This document shows positions 1-12,900 of a stretch of DNA of 64,000 bases, in pieces. The notes below the pieces were generated by a model. The model had not been told where the DNA came from and did no database searches. It saw only the letters and a program-made list of their open reading frames with translations. The stretch lies in NCBI GenBank assembly GCA_964035545.1, contig OZ037767.1, positions 14,636,998 to 14,700,997 of the forward strand. Direction: 5' to 3'. How positions within the stretch are numbered: position 1 is the stretch's first letter; each line of letters opens with the position of its first letter. The position numbers were made by a program, and so were the translations under genes. The DNA is from Bugula neritina. Taxonomy: Eukaryota; Animalia; Bryozoa.

Positions 1-3000
1 CTGTAAGTTACAGCATTTTATCAGGAGCTATGACCAGTCAATAAATATCTTGTTTCCACTTCCTATATTTACAGAATAATCACCATTTAACTAGAAATTG
101 CAGTTTCCCATGTCAGGTTTATTGGCTGTATTACAGTTTATGCTGTTCTTGTCATCATCTCGAAATACAATGAAAATAAAGCTAAAAATACTACATGAAT
201 TATACATTGAGCATCTCAAATGAAGTCGTGGTCCAGTGAAATGCAGCCATATTATGCTTTATTTTTAACCATCTGACGCTTTCCACAACACCAACTGTGG
301 GTTCTATTTATACTTCAAGCAAAGTGCATCTCTTGCCAGCAATTAGAATATAGCTCAACTGAAACATAGGGGGAGGCCTCGGTCATTAATACCTGACTGC
401 CTTATATTCAGATAAAGGCTACACAACTTGTGTGCTTTAGAAGCTGCAAGCAAAATTTTTCTGCTGCATTTTGAGCTCTTAGCAAGCATGAAGTTGTCAA
501 AGGGAGGGGGTATGTCTCCATCCTACACAATATGCATATTACCTATAATTATATGCACATTTAGAATGCACACTTATAAATTTTATGTTCATTATGCAAC
601 ATGAATCAACTGCATATATTTTGTTTTGGGATAAAGTTGCATATAAGCTAGATGTAGCATAACTCTTGCAGTATTGAGATGAGATGAAGTGTAATATGTA
701 CAGAGCGTGGCAGCTTTAAGCCCTTAGCCTAGAAGTTCAACTGTTTACATATATTTCAGGTCAGGGCATGAAAGGCTAGTCAACACCAAACAAGTTCAAG
801 CAGTTCATTATTGGTTTACATGGCTAAATATAATCCTTCCTTTAAAATAGGTGCATCTTGGCAATGCCCATACATCATTAGTTCTAACAGTGGTAGCAAA
901 AGGAGTTATCTTTCCTGATGAAACAAGCCAGCCCCCTCAAATACCAAATGTAACATTAGAAAGTTATAAAATTAAGGATAAAAATCTCTAGTATTTTGGG
1001 AAACTTTTGTTAGAGCACAAGAAGGCAATGAACCAAAAGGGGGGCACAAGTGTCACAATGGTGTAAGTGTACTATGGTGTGATAAATCACAGAATATCTC
1101 TAAGCGGAAAATTCAGCCTACAAAAATAGTAAAACCCATAATCCATAATCACCTTCGGTATAATTAATCATTTCTCAGACTGACAGGGCTTAACCTCAGA
1201 GTAACTAAACATGGATGTTGTCAATGCATTTACCACTACTTTTAATAGAATGCAGTGAGATAAGTTTAAGCACTTGATGGATTAGATCCTAACTAGATTC
1301 AGATTTTATACCACAATTCAACCTAACTAAATTACAAAAGTACTACAACCTACACAAATAAACTTACAGTAATGGGGTGTTTTGTCAGTAAAGTTATACG
1401 CAACACAAGCCTACATGCACACAGTACCCCATGCGTGCCTAGCTAAATTGCATTACGTTATCTCATCAGAAGCTGTCTAGACGCAAGATATTAATAACAG
1501 CTGCACAACAAGCCATGCAGAGCCCCACTCTGCTGACTCATAGCTGCATGAGAGGTGATGGAGTCAACTGAACATGGCACGGCTAATAATAGTAATATTT
1601 GCATATATCGGCACAGCTACCCTTTACTCTTCCTTATCACAAGGTCTACAGTTCATTGTTATTCACATTTGAAATACATAAATGAAAATAATTAATATGA
1701 CATTCATTTCTCAAGTGCTGCATCCGGATTATAAGATACAATATAATATCATACAAACACCATAATAATATTTTATCTGATTATCTATATCATTTTATGT
1801 CATTAGCAACTTAAATTAGAATAAAAGTTGCATATTTAATACATAATCATCTCACATGATATTATTTCGTAAAAATATATGTGATTCAGAGTTTATATTA
1901 TAGATTATAGCAGCACATATTGTACCATTCATTTCTTAATAAACAGTAGATGCATGGTGCAATATGTAACATGTATTGTGGTAGTAATGTAATGAGTAAC
2001 ATTATTATACATGGTAGTGTAGGGGAGATCACCACTGAATACTGGCGCAATGTCTATGTTTTACCTACTAGTATAACTCACTTGCAGGTTTGTGAGTGTC
2101 CAAAATTCAAGTACTGTAAATGAAGGCTGATAAGATACTTGGAGTGAATTGAACTTGGAGCAATAGATACAATTGAATACAGGCTATTTTTATGGTCTTT
2201 TTCATAATGCAAAGTCTCGTAATCAGAGTAACTCAATTAATTTACACTCATGCTTGCCAATTGAGTCAATAAGTACAGAAACAAAGCCCTATAAATGCTA
2301 GCAAACAATGAACAGTTTCAGTTAGGTTTCTACTTCTATGAGTCACCTTTTCTCAGTCTAGGTTCAACAGAAAATTCTTGATTGTTGAAAGTCAGAGTAC
2401 CCTCTGACATTCAAACATGGCTACCACCAGAGGTTTACACTGCACAGCAGATACTAGATTCTACATACACATAATGCTGCCTTGAGAGTGATGCTGATGA
2501 GAGATAGTTTATTCAGCAAACATCAAACCTATGAGTTTAATAATGTACTACTAGCAATTATGGTAAAAGAAAACAATGCCTAGTCTTTTAGCTGCTGCGA
2601 CTGCCAAGGGTAGAGTATAAGGTCCGTCTCATTGAGTCAAGGACTAAGTGAATGCTGTCCAGAGTCAGCAGCAGTACCTTGGCAGCAGCTTACAGTGGCA
2701 CAGCATGAGAAGCAGCTACACACAGACAGCCTTCCTCAATTCAACTACTAACTGATCAACTCAGCTGATGAATCAAATTGAATTAAAAGAAAACTGATAT
2801 GCATAATAAATGTGAAGACCTGACACGCGATCTGGCAACACAAAGAAGAAAAGCAGATGTTGTTCATTGGCTGACTGGCATTGTAACAACGGCTCAGGGG
2901 AACTTAAGTGCAAAGTTGGAGATTTGTACTTGGCTATATTTAATTACTTCAGCTGAACAACTTTTATACTTTAAGTACAAGCACTTACTTTTATTTTAAT

Positions 3001-3550
3001 ATTTACCCAATACGTACACATGCTTATTTATAGAAAACCCCATTTACCATGAATAAATGATAATCACTTAATTAAATAATAAAAATAATAATAGCAATAG
3101 TAATACTGATGGTGATTAAAAACCTTAATATATTTTAGTTTTAGGTCTGAACTGATGACCAATATAGACCATCAATTGTTACCAACAGTAAAACTAAGGG
3201 CTTCTAACTAGTCAATTCATAGTAGTATTAGATACCATAACTTAAAGTTGTATCAAGCTAATGTTATAAATTATTTAATCATAATAAATTTTTACTAATA
3301 CTTGACATACTTTTTACAAGATAACATGCTGATCAATCTACCAAGTTTATCACGATACTTTTCAGGCATCAAAATAAATGTCATTGTACTACTATCTAAC
3401 ATGATGTGTTTAACAGTAAAACGTTACCTGCTCCAGCTGTAAAGCGAAAAAGTTAATACGACAGAAGAGACGAAATTGTACAGCTTTCTTTCACTACAGC
3501 AGTGTAAATGCCTGTAGCTATGAACAAGCAAAGCAGACGAATATTTCTCA

Positions 3551-3584
3551 GCCAATCACAACCTGGTAAACTTCGTCCAATCAC
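3551..3584. promoter_or_regulatory. Paired CCAAT (NF-Y-type) boxes; possible internal promoter of the minus-strand gene
   Basis: GCCAATCAC (CCAAT 3552-3556) and TCCAATCAC (CCAAT 3577-3581), 25 bp apart, ~120 bp upstream of a minus-strand donor CAG|gtaacg at 3428. Confidence 0.3.
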
Positions 3585-4829
3585 ACTGCGAATTGTTAGT
3601 TACTATAGTACATATAAATCATGCACACGCTGAGTGCACGCAGCACCGCATTACTGTAAAAGCCTTTAAACTCAATCTTCAAACTTGGCAAGTATGGCAA
3701 TACACATTCAGTATGTAAGAAGATGGCCAAAAATGGAGGCAGCAAAAAAGTGAGGAGTAGATATTAACCTTTCTTCAATAATATTTTTGAGCTGATTTAG
3801 CTTTAAAATATCTATTAATAGCTATTTGCTTTGATATAATTCATCTCAAGTGTTACCATGATGATGGTACACACAGCCAAGTCAAAAATTTCTAAAAATA
3901 TGAAGACAAAGCGGCAACTGTACCTTTTGGAAGCCAGAATACTGCCACAATATGGCAAGTTTTAGAATGACTATTTATATTCACATTATCTTTGAAAACA
4001 AAATTACAAAGCCATCAATGTCTTTGCCAGATATAATAAAACAAACTATTATGATTAGACTAAAATTTCAGACAAATTTACGGATGGTACAATTTCCTGT
4101 AAGGCCTCCTGTGATTGGCTAAATTATTAGCAGCTCACTCAATACATTTGCAGCTTGTTTATAAACAAAATAACAGCAGAAATGTTTAAAGAGATGAAGT
4201 CAAATATAGCTAAAAGCCAACGTATAAACCAAAGCCGCTCTGTTGCTTGTTGCATATAATGATCAACCTCGTAATGGTCTAATTATATAACATTCTAAGG
4301 CCAAGGTAAATGTCAAATGCAATAATTCATTTTAGCAAATATTTTTGGCATCCAATTATAGCAACTGGCTAATAGTTTTCATCAGAAAAGTCACAAATAG
4401 ATATCTAATGCATCTATATGATTTCAGTATTATACCTGTACTAGATGATTGTATCAATTTCTAGAGTGTCTATAAATAACACAAACCTATTTAAACCAGC
4501 TCAAAGCATGAAACTCAAAAGAAATGTTAACTTTTGAAATAGGGATGAGAATTTCCATCTTTAGCTTAAATACATTCAACAAATTAATTAGCAAGTATTG
4601 CATTCGAACATAGAAGAATTTCCAAAGACTTTCAACTATAGCCAAAGTATAAGAAAGCAAATAGCTTTGATACATCAAAGATTTCCATTGCAACTCGCAG
4701 TTCAACGTCTTATAGATAATAACTTAAAGTTGTCTATGAATTATAATCGAAAAGGAAAAACTTATTTAAACTTTACTTTGATTTCACCGAAACTAACATT
4801 CAAACTGTAGTCACAGTACAACAAATAGC

Positions 4830-4923
4830 CGTAGCAGTGATCACGTGGCCAGCGTAGCAGTGATCACGTGGCCAGCGTAGCAGTGATCACGTGGCCAGCG
4901 TAGCAGTGATCACGTGACCATCG
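4830..4923. repeat. 23-bp tandem repeat x4 containing E-box CACGTG
   Basis: Unit CGTAGCAGTGATCACGTGGCCAG, four near-perfect copies. Confidence 0.9.
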
Positions 4924-7900
4924 TTAGCTCAACACAAATAAAGCAAGGCATACAGAGCTGGAAACCATAATAATATATCACTGCAGGGCAAGCAGTACAG
5001 AGTGATTTCAACAGCAAACTTCACACAAAATATAATGTAACTCACTGAATGATAAATATTATAAATATGAAGAAGTTTTCCATGTGGGGTTATTCAGCAG
5101 CTACAAAAGAGGGACAACTCTCATTAAACTAAAAATTATTACTCAGTGCGATACATTCATGTATACAATTTGGGCCTTTTTAGAGAAAAATTCAGTCCAA
5201 AAGTTATTGAATTAATGTATCGAAGTCATTAATAATCAATCGATCAATCAATCAAGTGAGCAGTTTTTCATGATTATTAATTTAATTAATTATACATGCA
5301 AGTAATAATGGTTATTTCATCTGCACCCAAATTACTTGGGTGTGCATGTTTTTAAGTAGGATCCTTATTTGCATAAAAGTATGAAAACCCGAAGTAATTT
5401 TTCCTACAGTAAAGCCTTATAGTTTTCTGTGGAGGGGGAATCCTAGTGGTGTGGAGGGGGTTAGAAATCCTAGTGGTGTGGTCCTTAGATAACTTGAGTG
5501 TAAAAATAAAATAGCAATGGCTATTTCTAGAAGCTTCTAATCTAGTTGTGTGGAAAATTACCCAGACATGACCTAAAAGTTCAACTCCTAGCAGTAAACA
5601 AGGCAGCAGGAGGGCTATAGAGTGCGGCAGCAAAGGAAATATAGGTAGATCCAATAGCAGTTACACGCTACATTTAATCTTATAATTGTTTTTACATTTA
5701 AACAATAAATATTTTCCAGTCAAATTTGGTGTCAAAAGTCATAAAAATTTGCTCTTGGCCTATGAATTATTACAAATAAAAATCACCCTTTAAATGAAAC
5801 TTGTCAACAGTAACAGCGCCTCAGGCTGTGAGTCTGTTGAAAACTAACAGTAGCGTTGTTAGGCCACATTGTGCACCACTAATCAACTGTATAACTGGTT
5901 ACATAAAGTTAGTTACTACATGATTTCCATTATATAGATGTTTATCCAATCAGGGGAGGTTATGCACTTGAAATAGTAAATGAATTCTATATTTAGAACG
6001 GCTCCCTGGACGTAATCCCATTTCAATAGATTAGAGAGCATGTTAACTAAGTGGATGGAAAGAAAACCCATTTAGATTATTCATTACAGAAGTTAATTTC
6101 CCTTTACCTAGCATATTGATAGGTTCAGCAATAAGTTGGTTAGGAATTCTGTATAATAACTAATTAAATACTGCGGGCAGGACAACTCCTAACACAGGTC
6201 AATGGCCAAAAGTCAGTTGTTGAACTGCAGGGTGATTAGAGAAGAATTGCATTTCCATCTTGGCCGATAACACAATGGTTAACCAAAGGAGATAATTTAA
6301 AGCATTCAAAACATACACAGCTTTTACTATGCCCAATATTTCAGTAGTGAAAGAAATATTCTATAGCTTGCATAAGAAAGTTGTAGCTTCGGTACATTCT
6401 GTGAAAAAAAAACAATTGCAAAACTATTTTTTTGTAAAAAATATAGACCTTCAGCAACACTTTTTTGAAAAAATATAGACACTTTAAATTTCCCTATATA
6501 TTAGTTTTTTTATGAATTTCTTTCTTACATCAGTCGCAATTCTTCTAGTATTTTACGAAGGTAAAGCTAGAAAACTGTCATATTGCTATACTACAGCGTT
6601 CAAGTGTGGGCATGTGTGCCATTGTACAACTATCTACGTGTAAGTTTTTAAAATGAAATGAGCTGTAAAGTCAATAGCAGCAGAACACAATAATGAACAG
6701 GTTTGTTTCTAAAATGGTGGTTTGGAAACAAAGCTAGGCTCTTACACAAACCAGCAGAGTTCTATTACTAAGAGAAGCTATGACGTAGGGAGCTGGCTAT
6801 TTTTGGAGAGATTACATACATGATACACATACAGATACTAAATGCATAAAGGGCAGCAATTAAACACGTCAACTGTTATAATATCCCATGCCTCTCAGCC
6901 TCCTTAACACAACAAAGCCTCCATTATTTGCTTTTAGCACGAGTTAAAAATAAAATATCATGTTTCTTTTAGTCTTTGAAGCTAAAATCTGCTGAGTGCA
7001 CAAAGAGAAACACACATACATGTGTAATTCATCTAGTCTATAGCTGGTATTTGATTATTGTACATGAGGAATTGCCTTTCACGTAGAAAGGGATGGTTAA
7101 CTATTTTTCAGCCTCAGACTTTACCTGCAGCTTGGTATACGGGCTTGGAAATTGTATTTCAGCAACTGTGTGACCCTTTACAAATCTACCAGAGGGGGTA
7201 TGCTTGGGGAGAGGGGCACGAAAAAGAGAGAGAGGCACGAAAGGGAGAGGGGTCACAAAAGGGGAGAGGGGACACTTTGGGAGGGGAATGCTACAGGAAG
7301 GGGCCATTATCTACTGGAATGCTGCCAAACAGACAGAGTAAATATACTAGTGTGTACTGTAGTCTATAAAGAATGGTGAGTCACAACCTGGAAGCCACTG
7401 TCTGCTGTTACAGATAGAACACAACCCAAAGACCCTCTGGTGATGTATCACAGGTTCTCAATGCTTGACATTCTCTGTCAGCATCTCATGAGATCACTGC
7501 TGCCAGTTTGTACTGCTGACTGTAAGAATCAGCCACTTCCTCTGTGGTATACAAATAACAACATGGCTACCGCTGCCACAACAGCTGCTGCCGTGAATGA
7601 GTAATCAGTTGGTTGTTATTTTATCCATCTTTAGTTTGATTTACATCTAATAAAGAGTTCACCGGATTTTCTACTTACATCACAAAATTAATTACAGTTT
7701 AGGTAATTATGAGCCTAGCATGTTAGCATCTATAATAATACCTTACAGGTAAGGTTGTCGTCATCATTACCTCAAGATTCACCTGGCAGCGTAAGCTAAT
7801 GAGACATGTGCAGCAGCAGCAGCAAAGGTCTGGGACTACATAAACAGTTATAAACTGCCATCTTTGCTGTGTTCACCAGATAAGACAGGACAAAAGTTTT

Positions 7901-8079
7901 TAACAGGTTTATGATTTCTCGTTTCAAAGCTATTAGTTATCCACAGTTAATGTGGAAGGAACTTTAGTTTAGTTTAGTTTAGTCTAGTTTAGTCTAGTTT
8001 AGTGAGTGCTAGGTCCTGGGTTTGAATCCCAGCTGTGTCACAGATGGAAGTTTTTAACCATATTACAAACCCAGAACCT

Positions 8080-8566
8080 TAAGATATTTAATATATATTA
8101 CAAACCCTGGCCATCAACATATATAATAATATATATTACAAACCCTGGCCATCAACATATATAATAATATAAATTACAAACCCAGGCCATAAACATATAC
8201 AATAATATATATTACAAACCCTGGCCATAAACATATATAATAATATATATTACAAACCCAAGCCATCAACATATATAATAATATATATTACAAACCCCGG
8301 TCATCAACATATAATATAATAATATATATTACAAACCCAGGCCATCATCATATATAATAATATATATTACAAACTCAGGCCATCAACATATATAATAATA
8401 TATATTACAAACCCAGGCCATAAACATATATAATAATATATATTACAAACCCAGGCCATCAACATATATAATAATATATATTACAAACCCAGGCCATAAA
8501 CATATATAATAATATATATTACAAACCCAGGCCATCAACATATATAATAATATATATTACAAACCC
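8080..8566. repeat. ~40-bp minisatellite, ~12 copies
   Basis: Unit ATATATTACAAACCCAGGCCATCAACATATATAATAATAT, head-to-tail with no spacers. Confidence 0.92.
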
Positions 8567-9637
8567 CTTAAAAGGGGTTCGTACAAAGATGTAGACTTTA
8601 AACAGATATGAGATTCTTATATATCAACAGTATCCCCCTTTCAGCTTTATATTTGCACCTATAAATTCATTCAATAGAAGAAAATTGTCAATTACTTTTT
8701 ACAGTAGCTGGTTTATTTTAGTCTGTGTATATATATAGGCCTACTATCCACTATAAGCAGAGCAGACAGCTGTTGTTGCTAGTATAAAGACAGCACTTGT
8801 CCAAGAGGCAGCAAGAGTGCTGCTTGTATACTTAGTCTAACAGTTGCTGACACATATTTCATAACAACCTGACTTCAAACAGCTGGTCCAATCAAATTCC
8901 AGCAAATAGAAGAAACATCACAATATAGCAGAAAATTTGCTAGAATTTTACAAACAAGTAGGACTACTCTGAAGACCCTCAGCTGCTCATGCTATGCTAA
9001 GAACCTAGGCTAAAGGGTGCTAAGAATAGCTGACTGGTTGTTTTGATAACAAATATTGAGGTTTGTCATCCACCCTCAACACTGACTGGCTAGGAAGTGT
9101 TAGTACTATTGTAATGTGTACTTTAACTAGATAATATGCTCTCTATACTTATAGCAGTAGCTTATGGTGGGGCCAGGGCTGGGTGGTTATAGCAATTCTT
9201 GCCAACAAAAATGGTAGCCTAAAAACTTGTCTATACCTTGTTGAAGCAGCTGTGTCTCAGAGTAATAATTAGAAACTTAGGCTAAGCAAAAAATATGTTA
9301 TTGTTACATAAGAAATTAAATTTTCTCAGACAAACTAGCTTTGTATAGTATCCCAGGCTACAGTAAAACATGAGATATTTGTTGAGGCAAATAGTACCAT
9401 GCTCCACCCACAAGCTAGTTTGAATGGCATGTGATATTCAGAAAAGGTATTTTACCATAATAATATATCTTTATATCTATATACTGGAATATGGTACTAC
9501 AAATTAGGAGTTGTCAACACTTGTCTGCTATAAGAAATTATTGGCGAGTACTATTATGCTCTTTATATGGAGTTATCTGTTTATAATCTATTATTATGGT
9601 AGTTATGTGGAGTTGTCAGCACATTATCCATGATTAT

Positions 9638-9746
9638 GTGGAGTTATTGGCACCTGCATACTATACTCAATAAATGGAGTTATTGGCACCTGTATCTATA
9701 CTCAATAAATGGAGTTATTGGCACCTGCATCTATACTCAATAAATG
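9638..9746. repeat. ~35-bp tandem repeat x3
   Basis: TGGAGTTATTGGCACCTGCATCTATACTCAATAAA variants. Confidence 0.8.
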
Positions 9747-9903
9747 AAGATACTATGACACGTGCATAATGTTGGTTATGGCTGAGAATATTTTTAAACT
9801 GATAATTAATATTGCAGTCATGATTCAGGAGTTGTCTACTTCCTAAAGGGTAGTTACTGTAGTAAAACTCACACATACACACTAGCTTAACAATTTAACT
9901 TAC

Positions 9904-12900
9904 AGTTTGAAGTAAGTGTGTTGTCCACGGGACTGGATGAAGCAACACAATTGACCTCTATGTCATTCTCATTGCACTCTACAGCTCCAGTCGGAACAGT
10001 GGCTATGCCTTCACCGATCTCTATGCTTGTATTCAGCTTCTTCTCATCAGGTACAAATAGCTCATCTACATCTTCTGTAAGTCGACATCAAAGGCTGTTA
10101 CTAGGCAATACTAAACTTACATGCTGTAGGATGTTATCAGTTTAAGTACTGATTTATCTGAAAAGTTTATTTCCAGTTTCAAAAGGCAACAGCAAAGTTG
10201 TGATTTTTAATTTCATTCTACTATACAAATTCTGACGTAGTTTCCTTTTTGAAGTTGATAAATATCATCAAAAGGGTAGCATTGTTCTACGGTTAAAATA
10301 ATACTAGATAGCATTGCTCTAGCAAATGTATTATAAGCACTAGAATACTGCAAGACAGCCATGCTCTAGCACATAGCTAGAATATACAGACTCATAATAG
10401 TTATGGTACTAATAAAAGCACACAGCTTAGTCACTGAGCTGGCTTAAAAGTTTCAAGATTAAGCTTTCAAGCCAGCTCAATGATTAGGCTGTGTGTTGCA
10501 GCAGCTAAAAATAGCATGCAATGAAAGTCAACAATAATTACTATTAGTTTGTAATACCACCGTGAAATCATTATGGGCATGACCACAAAATTTCTTATGG
10601 GATTCTTTAATAATAAAGTACTTTAAAATGAACATAATTATAATCTATATTTACTTTTTTGTTAATATGCTGGCTGTGCTATTAGTTTAAAGCTACAAGA
10701 TACAATAACACAACAAGTAGGCTACATTTAGACTTACCCGCAAAAGATATAGTCTGAGATTTCTGACGAGTGATAGCTGGTGGGGCTGGCTTGTGCACCT
10801 CCCTACGACTAGCATTAGACGAGCTCCTATACAAATATATAGTACAGTTAATGATGTACATATAAATAAAACGCCATTCTCTAATTTATTGTACAATTCA
10901 TTATATTGTATAAGTGTACATATTATAGATACATAGCAAATCATGTAGGTACAATATAAGTATACACATAGATATAGATAATGTACTGTATACATCTACA
11001 TATAGATGCAGGTAATATTATAAAAAGGATTAACAAATTTTTAGTGCGGGACTTCGAATATCAAATAGAAGAGAAGATAACTTCAAGGTGTCGGCATGTC
11101 ATATTTTTACAAATAAGGTCAATACAAACTGTTAATGAAACCAGCATTGTAACTGATAACTTGAACTACTTTCAAAAATTAGTCCACAAACTACCACACT
11201 AGCTGGAACACACACATGTACAAGTTTGTATTCACCAATACACAAGCACTAGTGTATGCATAAAACACTTTACTGTGTAAAAGTGTAGTTCAATCATCAA
11301 CCAGTAAAACAAGATTTAATAACTATATTTTGCAGGACTGGTGGTTAGTGGCCTTGAATAAATTATAGCCTCTAATTCTATCTTTAAAACAACATACAAG
11401 CATTGAAAGAACAATGAGATCTACAGTTGCTTCATCATTTTTTACAAAAAGCAGTGCTAAAACTCTTCAACATCAACACTGTGAAGCTAAAGCTACCTAC
11501 CTATAAATAAATGGCTGTGGAACTAGAAGCTCTCTAGAAGAAAGCAGCGCTGCCGAGGCAGCGGTTTTAGGTCTACTGTGAGGTGAGGAACTAGTACTAG
11601 TGCTGTCAAGGTCAGCGACTATTCTGAGAGTTGTTGGCTTTTTATAACTTCTGCAATAAAACTAGTTAGTGACAAGCAATTTCAAATGTTAGGAGTTGTC
11701 TTCCTTAGCATTAGAGAAACAACTCCAAAATACAATTAGTAACGCAGATGACACAGTTATATCTACATAATACTTTGTATCTGAATCTAACATCTACTGT
11801 AGCATTGAGTGTGTGCTAAATATAGCCATTGAAATCTAAACACCTAAACAGCAAAAAATAAACAGAAAATAAAAAAAATACCTGCCAATACAAGAATTCC
11901 CTCTGAAAAATATCAATAAATAAATCAATATATTGATACTTTATTACGCTGTAAGTTTAAGGGCTATAGCTAAGGATCTAATGCTACAGAAATAGAATCC
12001 TGTGTGTGAAGGTCATTTAAACAAAAGTATTTTTAATAAAGTCAAAGAAAGTTTTAAACCTTAAAATCATTTAAAACTAAAAGAAAAGCATATATTTTTG
12101 CAACTTGTATTTTCTGTCAAGAGTTTTTGGGACAAATTAGTTGAAATAATTCAATTTAGCTGGAAATATCATTAAACAACTCTATGTGTTTTTTTCAATC
12201 ACAACAATTGCTGTGTTGTAATAACTAGCCCTAGGTAGTTTTGAAGAGGGTTGGATTTAAAATATATATGATTAAATAGAATATAAAATTATGCAACGGC
12301 AGCATTATCTAGGAAAGAAGCAGCAATTCTGATGAAATACTTACTGCACATGAAAGCCTGTGTACTGATTTGTTGGCCATCCAAACTTCTTGTTATTTAA
12401 AAGAGTCTTCAAAGCCTCAGGGTTATTTTTACACAGCGTGTTGTAATACTGGGTGGGGCCTTGCATAGCCGCAGTTTGAGCTAGAGAAGTGGCTAGGTTC
12501 ACAGGTGTGTTAGAGTGGTTTCTATGGTGACCAGTTGTAGCATTGTATAGCAGGTACTCTCTGTGAGTGACACCGTGATTGTTCACGGCAGTGAACTGAC
12601 GAGGATTAGGTCTGCAAAACAAAATGTAGAATATCTGTGACCTTCCCCTTAAAGATAAGATAACTCCTAAAGTTACAACATATTGCAGCACTAATATTAA
12701 AGAGTAGTAGATGTTTTAAAATATTTTAGTAACCAAATACAACAAAATAACTCTATAATTTTTGGACACTGATTTAAGTACGAATGAATTCTACTTTAAC
12801 ATGAGAATTAATAAACGATGCATACCATTACATACTTGTAAATAAACTAAAAGATAGTTTTATGCAAAAATGTTTTCCTTTATAATTCCAAATTTAATAA

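Noticed and set aside
2082-2113. 32-nt minus-strand candidate exon (LLEFWTLTNLQ) compatible with phase 1
   Set aside because: The splice signals are plausible, but it is too short to distinguish from chance without transcripts.
8080-8566. Regular ~40-bp repeats resembling a CRISPR array
   Set aside because: The units are head-to-tail with no unique spacers, there are no cas genes, and the context is eukaryotic.
9237-9281. Minus-strand exon-like segment (ttag|CCTAAG...AACAAG|gtatag) as the next exon of the unknown gene
   Set aside because: Joined to the phase-1 donor at 9904 it gives an immediate TAA; no independent support.
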